A stretch of DNA of 64,000 nt from Negaprion brevirostris (taxonomy: Eukaryota): positions 94,957,878 through 95,021,877 of the forward strand of contig JARDVH010000073.1 in assembly GCA_030324005.1 (NCBI GenBank), read 5' to 3'. Position numbers and translations under genes: made by a program. A model generated the notes under the pieces. That model was not told the DNA's origin. It saw nothing but the letters and a program-made list of their open reading frames with translations, and did not search any database. Positions 49,921 through 61,830 of this stretch are shown piece by piece. Position 1 is the first letter of the stretch; each line of letters opens with the position of its first letter.

Positions 49921-52900
49921 AAGGTGCAATTCTACAGTTCAACAACCATCAGTATCTTGCTCAAGTGACCATTCCTCATCTGCAAGCATAGAAGTCAATA
50001 ATCAGAGATGTTCAACTATAAAAGTGTTGTTTCTGCCATAGAAAGCTCCATCGTGTTATATGTAGAAGGTATGAAAACCCTAGTAANNNNNNNNNNTTTA
50101 CTAATGACTGGTGTATCACTGAGATCACTATCTGTTATATAAGAAGACAATCCAGTAATCATCTAAAACCATGGATTGGTCCTGAACCTCTTGACTTCTC
50201 ATTTGTATGCAAGAGCACAGCAGAGGTGAAAACTGAGCCTTCTGACTGGTTGCTTCTGGTAGAAGCATGGGAAATTAGGGAGTATTATCAGACCTTAATG
50301 AGCTACTTTGAGGTTCTTTGTCGTAATGCATTGTTGGAGCTTTGGACGGGGATTTGCTCATGAATGGCTATGGTGATTCTTTGACTGAAAGAGCTGAAGT
50401 ACTATTGCCTGTATGACTTCAGACTAGACCCCACACATCAGGCCCTGCTTTTGAACAAGACTGGAGTTGTTTCTACAAGGGTTTGAAAGGAGAAAGGAGT
50501 CAATATCCATTGCCNNNNNNNNNNNNNNNNNNNNNNNNNNNNNNNNNNNNNNNNNNNNNNNNNNNNNNNNNNNNNNNNNNNNNNNNNNNNNNNNNNNNNN
50601 NNNNNNNNNNNNNNNNNNNNNNNNNNNNNNNNNNNNNNNNNNNNNNNNNNNNNNNNNNNNNNNNNNNNNNNNNNNNNNNNNNNNNNNNNNNNNNNNNNNN
50701 NNNNNNNNNNNNNNNNNNNNNNNNNNNNNNNNNNNNNNNNNNNNNNNNNNNNNNNNNNNNNNNNNNNNNNNNNNNNNNNNNNNNNNNNNNNNNNNNNNNN
50801 NNNNNNNNNNNNNNNNNNNNNNNNNNNNNNNNNNNNNNNNNNNNNNNNNNNNNNNNNNNNNNNNNNNNNNNNNNNNNNNNNNNNNNNNNNNNNNNNNNNN
50901 NNNNNNNNNNNNNNNNNNNNNNNNNNNNNNNNNNNNNNNNNNNNNNNNNNNNNNNNNNNNNNNNNNNNNNNNNNNNNNNNNNNNNNNNNNNNNNNNNNNN
51001 NNNNNNNNNNNNNNNNNNNNNNNNNNNNNNNNNNNNNNNNNNNNNNNNNNNNNNNNNNNNNNNNNNNNNNNNNNNNNNNNNNNNNNNNNNNNNNNNNNNN
51101 NNNNNNNNNNNNNNNNNNNNNNNNNNNNNNNNNNNNNNNNNNNNNNNNNNNNNNNNNNNNNNNNNNNNNNNNNNNNNNNNNNNNNNNNNNNNNNNNNNNN
51201 NNNNNNNNNNNNNNNNNNNNNNNNNNNNNNNNNNNNNNNNNNNNNNNNNNNNNNNNNNNNNNNNNNNNNNNNNNNNNNNNNNNNNNNNNNNNNNNNNNNN
51301 NNNNNNNNNNNNNNNNNNNNNNNNNNNNNTGATATCTGATACTGTTTGCAAAGAGGTGCAGTCCAGAGAGAGGTTTTGGTTTGGGATTTGGAGCTCAATT
51401 AGTTGAAAAGGATTCAATGAATCCCATGGAGGTAGGTGGTGTATAAGAAGGTGCAATTGATCTAAAATACAGGATGGTTTGTCACCTCAGGTGGAGGCTC
51501 AGGATTGAGACTGTGCAGTCTGATACCACAGAACTGCCTGGCAAAATTCAATAACTAGCATGTGGGCAAGGGTTTACAAACTCTGTCCTTTTAACAACAC
51601 ACATGAATGTGCTGCAATCCATGTGGTGCAGATACACCTACAATATTGTGGGCAAGGGAGTTCCAGGACTTCAACTCAGTGACAGTGAAAGAATGATGGC
51701 AATTTGGTCCCAAGTCAGCGCTGGTCTGATCAGAAATGTGTGAGCTAAAGAATGCACATCATCAAATCAGAGAGTAACTGTGTGAAGACTTCAGCCAGTA
51801 AGCCACAGCCAAGGTAGGCTGACAAAAAGTGATATCCAGTTGGAGTTCTCAGATATTCTGGTTTCTCCATACGCATGCTGATTATTTTAGTTACACAGCT
51901 ACGGTCTTTGACTGGTTGCAGCTGATTTTCCTCCACCCCATTCAAAGTCATTGCTGATCTTCTACCTTAGCCACACTTCCCCACATTATCCTTTCACCTC
52001 TTCATTCCCTTAACATGAAAATCTCTATTCATTTCTAAGTTCAATATTCTCAATCATTAAGAATCCACAGCTCCCAGGGAATAGAGAATTCCAAAGATTC
52101 ACAACAATCTGATTGAAAATATTTTCCTTACTTCAGTCATTTTTGTGGGACTATTCTAGACTTTACTTTAGACTGGGTTCTAGATTTCTCGGAAAGCAGA
52201 AAACGACCTCTCGGCGTAGACCCTATCAGTAAAGTTGCCAGAGTCCCAGACGACCATAGACTGCTCTCCCTTTCGAGAGGGAGAGCTGACTGGTGGTAAC
52301 TTAACCTAAGATTCACTACACTTCAGGTGAGGGGCAAGGTTGACAAGAACAACCTTCATGGACAACCTCAGTCAGTACAGGAATTGAACCCACGCTGTTG
52401 TCATCACTCTGCATCACTAATCAGTTGTCCAGCCAACTGAGCTAAAATGACTTCCGTACCTTATTAAGCACCCTAACAATCATACATAATCCAGTGAGGT
52501 CACCTCTCGTTCTTCTGAACTCCAGGAAATGTAGGCTCAGTCTACTCAATCTCTCCTCATAACACAATGCCTCTTCTTTTTATTCAGATGAAGGCACCAC
52601 TGACAAAACCAGCACTTATTGCCCATTCCTAATAGCCCCTGAGAAGTTGGTGGAGCACTATCTTCTTGAACTGCTGCAATCCATGCAGTGCAGATACACT
52701 TGCAATATTGTTGGAGAGGGAGTTCCAGGTCTTCGACCAAGTGACAATAAAGGAATGATGGCAATATAGTCCCAAGTCAGAATGGTGTGTGACTTGAGGG
52801 GAACCTGAGGTGGTGGTGATGTGTCCTACTTCTTCTCAGTTGTAGTAGTCAACAAGTTTGGAAAGTTGAAGACATGAGGACAAGGTTGCCCTCCTGTTTC

Positions 52901-53445
52901 TCAAAGACCAAAGTCAAAGGAGTTTCAGTCTCTCTGAATACGCAGATAAGCTAAGAAATTGTCTAAAGTCTGTGAAAAATAGTTTCTGTTCACTGTATCA
53001 ACCTCTTTCAACTGAATATCTATTTTTAAAGCTCACAAAATTCCACATTGTGTGAAAAATAAAGCTTTTGCAACCCTGTTTGTGGAAAATCATTGAACAT
53101 TCGAAGTGAGACACCTGAATGAGACAATAGCAGAGTATTGCTGTTCTGCCTTCAATCTACAGTAACCGATACACTTCAGCAGTGACTGTGGCTGTAAATC
53201 TACAAAATTAGAAGCTGCTGATAAGTTCTATGTCATAACGTTAGTCATTAGGAATTGCTTTGATACACACATAGATCATTATCCACATAAGGCAATCTGC
53301 AGATGTTTTTAAAGTTACCCAAGAAAACATATATTTGTCTCTTTCCAATAATAGTAAGTCCACATTATGTACAGCGGCTGCTAACTAAGTGCCACTTTTG
53401 AAGAGACTAAAGCATGGAATCATGGAACTCCTCCTTTGCTTGGTT

Positions 53446-53453
53446 TATATAAA
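53446..53453 (+). promoter_or_regulatory. TATA box of the IFITM-like gene
   Basis: TATATAAA ~60 nt before the ATG at 53513, with an Inr-like TCACTCT at ~53482. Confidence 0.65.
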
Positions 53454-53512
53454 TGGATCAGTTCAAATCAGAGTTTCTTCCTCACTCTGTGGCTCTGGAT
53501 TAACAGCTTCAG

Positions 53513-53737
53513 ATGGAGACTGGAGACTTGGCATTACAGCCCAAAGTTGAGGAGGCAATGGGGCCCAACCAACCTGAACCATCCAATAGCACCATTGTGA
53601 ACATGAAAACTCCTGGTCAACCCCACCCCCGTTCACAGTCCCGACCTCCACATGACCACATCATCTGGTCCCTGTTCAATGCCTTCTACCTGAATGCCTG
53701 CTGTCTTGGATTCCTTGCACTTACCTTCTCAATCAGA
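53513..53737 (+). CDS. IFITM/dispanin (CD225) family gene, exon 1
   Basis: ATG in cagATGG context. PPHDHIIWSLFNAFYLNACCLGFLALTFSIR is the IFITM amphipathic helix/IM1 with the CC palmitoylation pair. Donor 53737|gtaagt is phase 0 at the conserved IFITM intron position. Confidence 0.93.
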
Positions 53738-54074
53738 GTAAGTTGTCCTTCTGTTGTATTTCTGCCTGTAATAAATGGTAAATGGTCAAAATCCTGTGCT
53801 GCAGGAAATGATATCTGTCAATGTCTTGTCAGGATTTTCACAGTAACTACATTGCAGTGTTAATGTATGCCTACTTGTGACACGAATGAGTAAAACAAGG
53901 GATCCTTTTTTTCGCCCCTTTGCATCCTGTGATTGAAAGTGGTCATTTAAGACTGGATTCTGGGTCAACACAATCTGAGGCTAAAGCTATGGAATTCTCT
54001 AATGATATACAAATCTTTCCAAGAAGCTGCAACACCATGAACACATGCTGCTCTTGTTCTCAGGATTGAGAAAG

Positions 54075-54700
54075 CACTGCATTTTCACAGGGACAGAACT
54101 ATGACAGTGCTGCACTGTTGAATGGACAATGCTGAGCAAACACTGCACTGTCAGCGGGCAAGTATTGAAGGAGTTTTGCATTTCATTGATGGAGGGACAG
54201 TAGTGAGGGAGTGAGTCAGTGTCAGAGGGGAAGTGCTTCATTGTTGCAGGGCGAGAATGGAGGAAGTGCTGCATTGTTAGAGGTGTACAACTAAGAAAAT
54301 GCTGCTTGTTGATTGGGCAGTATTGAGAGAGCACTGTTTGTTGCAGAACAGTACTGAGGGAATAATGCGCTGTCAGGGGGGCAGTAGTGAGCAAGTGCTG
54401 CAATTTCAGAGGGACTGTACAGATAGACTGGGGTACGGTTATAGAAATTGTCCTGAGGGAGTACTGCATTTTTGGAGGGCCAGCAAGAGCAGCACTGTTG
54501 TAGGGGCAGTACTGATAATTGCTACGTAGTTAGAGGAACAGTATTTAGCAAGTGCGGCACTGTTAAAGGACTGGACATTACACTGTTGGATGGTCAGTAG
54601 TGAAGGAGTGCTGCACTGTTGGAGAGCATGTAATGAGGGAGCATTGCGCTGTTGGTGGGATCAATACTGAGGGACATTGTACTGTTGGGGGACAGTCATG
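54075..54700. repeat. Degenerate ~33-bp minisatellite (gggagtgctgcactgt..gggncagtactga)
   Basis: About 15-20 diverged units with recurring gtgctgcactgt/cagtactgaggg motifs, running into a SINE body. Confidence 0.75.
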
Positions 54701-55015
54701 AGGAATATCAAAGGATCTGTCTGTCAGGCAAGAGTTTAATTTGAGCCCTGTCTGCACCCTTAGGTGCTGTAAAAGATCCATGGCACTATTTTGAAGAAGA
54801 GCAAGGGAGTTTTTGCCTTTTTCCCGGACATTTATCCCTCAATCAACACCTGTCAAACAGATTAGCTGCTCGTTTTCAGGCTACTGTTTGAGGTTGCTTG
54901 CTATTTGCAATTTGAGTGCTATATTTCCTGCTTTGTAACAGTGACTATATTTTGAAACTCCCTCATTGGCTCTAAAGCACTTTGGGAGGTCCTGAGATGG
55001 TGGAAAGTGCTGTTG
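54700..55015 (+). mobile_element. SacSINE1/DeuSINE-like element (further pieces at 56510-56765 and reverse at ~28700-28830)
   Basis: gatccatggcactattttgaagaagagcaagggag..atttatccctcaatcaac..cattggctctaaagcactttggga. Confidence 0.6.
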
Positions 55016-56175
55016 GAAAGAATTTCAGTTGCTCATTCTTAGAAGTTCCCTGAGGCTCCCCCATTGCTGCATTTAATTTTTCTTTAATGATTCCAAGTGT
55101 TCCTGGCACTGATCACTCTTTGTGAAGAAGGTTTCCCTGAGAAAGTCTCTTCTGAATATGCATCATGTTAGCAGGAATCCCTGTCTCTTTTGCACCTTTT
55201 ACTTTTCACTTCACATTCACTTCAGATCAGCCATGATCTTATTGAATGGCAGGGCAGGCTCGAAGGGCTAGATGGCCTACTCCTGCTCCTATTTCTTGTG
55301 CTCTTATGTTCTCCCCAATGCGATCACATCCTTCTAACAGTGTGGCATCAGAACGGTCCACAATGTTCCAGGGTTGTCCGTTGGTGGAATATGGATATTT
55401 GACCATGATACCGGCACACCTAAAACAGAGGTTTCTATCCCGCCCGCCACTGCAATTGTAGCGGGTCGATTGTGATGGCCCACTGATGGTCGGGCAGGAA
55501 TATCCGACTTTTAGACCAGCATGGCCAGAGAATTCCGCCCAGGAGATCAGCCTTTAATGAAGTAAGTGCAAGCACTTGGCCCTACACCACTCCAGTTAAA
55601 ACTCTCCTCCCTGCCACTGTTTCCCTATTTGATTTACCATTTTGTCTCGATGGAAACTTGTTCAATGTTGAAAGCACTCGATAAAAACAAGTTATTTTTG
55701 ACACTATTACAAATTGTTGGGATGGGTCTTACTTTCTGGAAGATTAATATAAAAGCCTTAGAAATTAATATTACTCTATAACAGCGAATAAGCAACACTG
55801 TTTGTTTCCGATAACTATTGCTAACTTGGCAATTTATAAGCTCCGATGACAAATAGGTAAGGCCTAGAAATAAAAAACATTCAGAATTCAAACACATTTC
55901 GTCATTTATTGACAGAACAAGCCTTGGCAGTGTAAAGATGTGTTAAAATAGTATGGAATCAGGGTCATTCTGCTCTGCAGATTCAGAATGTTGTTCTGGT
56001 CTGATTCCATGTGCCAACTCCAGTTAACTTTTTATTTTTTTGACATTGATGCTTCCCACATTTAGTGAGATAAGGGGCAAACAAAACACAGGCTGTGTCC
56101 CAGAGCTTAGAATCATAGCAGCCAACAGCAGAAGGAGGCCACTCGGCCCATTGAGTCTGCACCGACCACAATCCA

Positions 56176-56500
56176 CTGTGGCACTTTGGTTAGCACTGCT
56201 GGCTTGCAGCGCTAAGGATCTGGGTTCAATTCCCGGGTTGGGTCACTGAATTTACATGTTCTCCCTGTGTCTGTGTGGGATTCCTCTGGGTGCTCCAGTT
56301 CCCTCCCACAGTCCAAAGATGTGCAGGTTAGTTGGGATAGTGGGATTTCCTCCCATAGTGTCCCAACATGTGTAGGCTAAGGGAATTAGCATGGTAAATA
56401 AGAGGGTTATGGGGATAGAGCCTGAGTAAGATGCATTATCAGAGAGTCAGTACAGACCTGATGGTTCGAATGGCCTCCTTCTGCACTGTACTGATTCTAT
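56176..56500 (+). mobile_element. HE1-like SINE
   Basis: gtggcactttggttagcactgct..gggttcaattcccgggttgggtcac..ccttctgcactgta. Confidence 0.8.
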
Positions 56501-57654
56501 AATTCAGTGACACTATTTCAAAGTACAGCAGAGGAGTTATCTCTGGAACCTTGGCCAACATTTATTCCTCAATCAACATCAGAAAAGCAGGTTATCTGAT
56601 CATTAAGACATTGCCATTTGTTGATGCTTGCTGCGCGCAATTTAGCTGCAGCATTTCCTACACTACAACAGCGACCACCACACTATGGAAGTATTCCATT
56701 GGCTTAAAGTGCTTTGAGATATCTGGTGGTCCTGAAAGACAGTATAGAAATACAAGTCTTTCTTGTTCTTCTGGCTTTCCTTGCATCTCTGTGAAGCACC
56801 TTGAGTAAAGCCATCACAGAAGTGCCATTTTTCACCATTGAAGATTAGGCTCAAGCATATCTGGGCTCTTGGGTTCAACATATTTAAAGCTTTGAGGATA
56901 ACTGATGACACGTGAATGGTGAAAAAAAAACAAGTTGAAATTTTCCATGATATCAATTTAGCGCAGAAGTGGGAATAGGAGGTGGCAGGGAGGAGAACAC
57001 ATTGGTCCTAATTTAAGAACACCCAAATGTATAACACTTGAACCATCCAGTAAACTATACGCACTGTGTACTTTTATTTAGACTTCCCAAGTCATTTAAT
57101 TAGCTCGATGAGATGGATAACCCTTCAATAAAAGGGGAAAACTTGCTACCCTCCAAAAAAAACCCAAACCTTCATAATATTAATCCATCAATACTATTCA
57201 ACACATGAGTCTCAACAGGCATATGTACTAGCCAACAGCATTTTACATACCTTGATTCAAATGCTAATCTGTTAATATTTCACATGGAAAAAATAACCAT
57301 TTAGGCCAATGTTGGAGGTTGTCAGTATTAGCCAATTAGATCAGTGAAAAGATAGGACTGAATATGATTGGTTGACAGGTGGAACTGGTATATATTCAAA
57401 CAAAAGCAAATCTTGAAGAAAAGTGAATTTCTCCCACTGCTGGTTGCGCAGAAACTTGAGTTGGAATAATGAGCCTGGAATTGCAGTTACCAATGTGATT
57501 GTTTATTAAGTTTCAATAAAGAATAAACAGCTTCTGAAACACTTTTAAAATCGATCTTCCAAAGACAACCTTCCGGAGCATTCTTAAGATGTTTTATGCG
57601 AAGGTCTATTTTCTTTAACGCTCATTTTTTGAAAGAATGATGCTCCCCAGTATC

Positions 57655-57752
57655 AGTAAGAAGTCTCACAACACCAGGTTAAAGCCCAGTGTTGTGAGAC
57701 TTCTTACTATGCTTACCCCAGTCCAACGCTGACATCTCCACATTATGGCTAC
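57655..57752. mobile_element. Short inverted-repeat insertion with target-site duplication
   Basis: Perfect 20-bp inverted repeat (57655-57674 / 57689-57708) flanked by ccccagtatca at 57645-57655 and 57753-57763. Confidence 0.75.
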
Positions 57753-60338
57753 CCCCAGTATCATACATTGGACTCTGGGCTCCACCTTGGATCCGGATTT
57801 CCACCTTGGTCAGGTTGGTGGACTGGATAGATAGGTGCTTTCACAGGTTCACATTCTCTGCTATGCAGCTCTGTGGCTGGCCATTGGATTAACATGTCCT
57901 CAGTGGAGTAGCAGTGGCACAATGGAAGTTGACAAAAGGAAAAATGTGGCTAAAATGACCGTTGGTGGGAATGCAGAATAAATGGACCAGGAAACTCTCT
58001 GCAGCAGTTTTAACACCTACTTCAATCATTTCCAGTGGTTGGAAATGGTTAAAATCACCTTTCTGTGTCGATTTTCCAATCTCTCCAGTAGTCGACTTGG
58101 AGCACGAGACCAAGAAAATAGAGGGAAGCCAAGTTGGGACAATTCCAAGGATAAGGCAGAAAATAGGGGTGATTTTGTGGCCTTGCTAACAGTTTGCCAC
58201 TGATGGATCAGTCCCCCCACCACTTAAGGAGACCATTTGTTCATTGGAGAAGGTTTCTCTGCAACAGGCAAGAAGGCTGCCAGGTCCAGAGTCTCCAGCC
58301 CCTGTTGATAAAGCCATGAGCGTGGAAGATCTCAATCCTGGCCAAGCCCAATCAGAATAGAAGGGTTTGCTTCCATCCCGATGGACTGTTGGTCTCAATC
58401 TGTTTCATTGATGTACAGACAACAGGAGTGACTCCATGTTGGGGCTGCTGAGACTGCCAGGTCTCTAATTGGATTGGCAACATTGGGAGCCCACTGTGAA
58501 CATGGAGGCGGCCAGTTGTGAGGCGACCAGCCAGACAATTTCTGAGCCAATCTCACTGCCTGCAAGTGTTGGTTCAGAACCCCCATTTGATCCTGACATT
58601 ATGGTCCCAAGGTCCACGGGAAAACCCAGTCCTGTATTTTTAATGTATTTAAATAGTTGAAAAATTAGATCACAAATTTCACAATAAGATCTCCAAATAT
58701 GTGCTTTCTCACTGAAAGTGCCTGAATGGGGAATTGGTCCTGGCATTAGCGTGCAATTTAGTGATTCAATGTGTAATGGTTTTTATTCCCAGCACAAGAA
58801 AATAAACCCTTTTGACAGGGTCAAAAGACTAATACAGGCTAGAAATCATTGTTGGTGATAATAGCTTAATGCATTCATATGACATTCATTTTTCAATATT
58901 TTACCGCAACATTATCAGATTTAATCATTTGTCCACTATTATCACAAAATCGTAATCTTTAGGTTAATATGTTTTAAAGCTTTCTAAACGGGAAATGAAC
59001 TGCATAACAATTTGATCAACATCTAAGAGGAAAAGACAAGTTAATGTTTGGATGCGATCCTTCATCACAGCTTTTGTCCACGGTTTAGCCTCGATGACAC
59101 TAATGCAGCCTTACCCTCCTTAAGCTACTGAAAGATGAAAAATTGCAAACCAACTGTTGTGACACAAAAGTGGTTCAATTCTGATGCAGGGAACGGCAAT
59201 CAAGCCAGAATTATATCTCTTCCAAAATGCATGGTATTTGAATTTCTGAAAAAAAGCTCTCTTGCTTGGCCACTGGGGTTGTTCTCCCTGGAGCGACATA
59301 ATAGAAGTTCATAAAATTCTGAGGGGTATAGATAGGGTAACCAATTGGAAGCTTTTTTCCCAGGGCAGAAATGACAATTACAAGGGGGCACAAGTTCAAG
59401 GTAAGGGGGGAATAGTTCAGTGGAGATGTGTGGGGGGAGTTTTTTTACATAGAGAATGGTGGGGGCCTGNNNNNNNNNNNNNNNNNNNNNNNNNNNNNNN
59501 NNNNNNNNNNNNNNNNNNNNNNNNNNNNNNNNNNNNNNNNNNNNNNNNNNNNNNNNNNNNNNNNNNNNNTTTCTTTCTTTCTCTCCCTCTTTCTTTTCTC
59601 CCTCATTCTTTCTCTCCCTTTTTCTTTCTCTCCTTCTTTCTTTCTCTCCCTCTTTCTTTCTCTTCCTCTTTTTCCTTCTTCATTTCCCTCTTTCTTTCTT
59701 TCTTGCTCTCTTTTTCATGCTCTCTCTCCTGCTCTCTACCTCGTTGGATGTTTCCTGCAGTCAAGCTGCTTTCTGAATGCAAGCACTTGAAAATCATAAG
59801 ATGGGACAGTGGAATTTTTCATTGAGCATTTCCAAGTGAGCACAAGGAAGGGACACAACAAGACTGTTTCTGTCTCTATCACTTGGTGATATCATCACTA
59901 GGCCAAAGTCCAGGAACACTCTTCCTAACAGCACTATAGATGTACCTACAGCCACATGAACTGCAGCGGTTCAAGAAGGCAGCTTACCACCAGCTTCTCA
60001 AGGACAATTAGGTGGGGGCAATACAGACTGGTCTTTCAGTGACATATCCATCTCAAGAATAAATTTTAATAGGAAAAGAAAGATGCAAATGGGAAATAAT
60101 GGAGTGTTTAATCTTTCCCCAGGGTGATTGTGTTGCTGTCAAAGCTGCACTGATTAGATTCTGCAATGTTTTTCACAACCTCAAGAAGTCACAGAATATT
60201 TTACAGCCAGTCAAACAATTTTATAAATTGTAGTCAGTCTTGTAATGTGAGGAACATGACAACCAATTTGTACATCACAAGTTTCCAAAAATGGAACATG
60301 ATAATGAGCAGATCATCTGTTTTAAGTGATGTTTTGGA

Positions 60339-60622
60339 TCATAGAATCCCTGCAGTGCAGAAGGAGGCCAGTCGGCCCACTGAGTATGCACCAAACACAA
60401 TCCCACCCAGATCCTATTCCTGTAACCCCACATATTTACCCTAAAAATCCTCTGACACTAGGGTCAACTTTCATGGCCAATCAACTTAACCTGCACATTT
60501 TTGAACTGGGGAAGGAAACCAGAGCATGCGGAGGAAACCCATGCAGACAATGTGCAAACTCCATACAGACAGTGACCCGAGGGTGGAACTGAACCTGGGT
60601 CCCTGGTGCCACCGTGCCACCC
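60339..60622 (-). mobile_element. HE1-like SINE
   Basis: Reverse copy ending ccctggtgccaccgtgccaccc. Confidence 0.8.
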
Positions 60623-61115
60623 ACAATTTAGTTGAGGCATACATTTTTGACTGACTCTCTAAAAGCTCCGGAGAGTTGGACTTTTCTCTGAACACTGATA
60701 TGAAATAGGAGAATCAAAGTACTAGGCTATTGTACAGAAAGAAAAGGCGATCATGCCCAGAAATTTCACAGTCAGTTTATTCATCCCTTTTTCTGAAGTC
60801 CTTGAAAAACTCTCTGACCTGTGATGCCTTTCAGTGTTTGCCATCAGGGGTTTAAGTCTCTGTGGTACCCATCAATGTGACAACATCTCCAACAGCAGCA
60901 ATAACTTTTATATTGTGTCTTTACAGTAAGTAAAATGTTACAGGCTGCTTCACACAGGTGTAATTATAATCAGCATAAAGAGGCTCCTTTCCACTTGTTC
61001 CTCTATGTTCCTTGGAACTTTCAATGACAGATGGTGTTTTAACAATTTCCAAGTGTTACGGTTGGTTTGCAAATCAGCTCTCACAGCACATAATCTCTCC
61101 ATTTGTCCTTTCCAG

Positions 61116-61274
61116 GCTCGGGATTACAAAGTTGCTAACAACATGCGGAAAGCAAGAAAATTGGCTTCTACTGCCAGGGGGTTGAATATCGCTGCCACCT
61201 TGTTCTCCCTGATCCTGTTAGCGGCTGGTGTAGCCTATTACCTGTATGTGACTGTGGCCCATTTCACCCCCTGA
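61116..61274 (+). CDS. IFITM/dispanin (CD225) family gene, exon 2 (total protein 127 aa)
   Basis: Acceptor atttgtcctttccag|61116, phase 0. ARDYKVANNMRKARKLASTARGLNIAATLFSLILLAAGVAYYLYVTVAHFTP* gives the conserved intracellular loop (RD.K, ASTA..LN) and the C-terminal TM helix. Confidence 0.93.
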   Translation, partial: ARDYKVANNMRKARKLASTARGLNIAATLFSLILLAAGVAYYLYVTVAHFTP

Positions 61275-61604
61275 CCAGAGACACTTGCCAAACGCAGAAA
61301 GGGGAACATTTCGAAATAGAAGTCACAGATTCTGCTGCAGAACAAACTTCCTGTGACTGAGTCAACACACAAAGCAAACTGCACCCACCGTGCAAATTCA
61401 CGGTGAAAATATTTTTTATACAATGGTTTTATGTTCTGTCTGTAATTCTTTTACTCCGGACATTCTAGACTTTCTGAATACTCGGTTGCACTTGCAAACT
61501 ATTGTCAATATATTCACCCGGAATTGAGAATGAATCAAAATTTTAGCCCTTAGGAAATGATGATAAATCCTGAAACTGTAATATTGCTTGCGGATTGGTT
61601 CTAG

Positions 61605-61830
61605 GAAACTGGAGACTGGAGAACAAAGCTTAGGGTTGAAGATTGGTGACTGGGCTAAGGGTATTAGACATTGGAGAATAGGGACTTGGGACTGCTAGCT
61701 AGAGAAAGGAATGGCAGACTGGAGGCTGGGCACAGGGTACTGGAAATTGGAGAATAGGGTCTGAAGACTGGGGATTGGGGACTGAGAGTGGAGATTGGGG
61801 AATGAAGACAAGGCCAGGGAGAGGAATCAT
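61605..61830. repeat. Degenerate purine-rich short tandem repeat (ggagactgg/ggagaataggg)
   Basis: Repeated gactgg/ggagaataggg/gattggg units downstream of the IFITM stop. Confidence 0.55.

Noticed and set aside
16173-51456. Long ORFs of 200-320 aa in the ORF track
   Set aside because: They consist mostly of X residues spanning N gaps.
54075-54700. CRISPR-like repeat/spacer array
   Set aside because: Vertebrate DNA with degenerate tandem units, no unique spacers and no cas genes.
8701-60622. tRNA genes suggested by A/B-box motifs
   Set aside because: All are tRNA-derived SINE heads continuing into the HE1-like body, with no complete cloverleaf.
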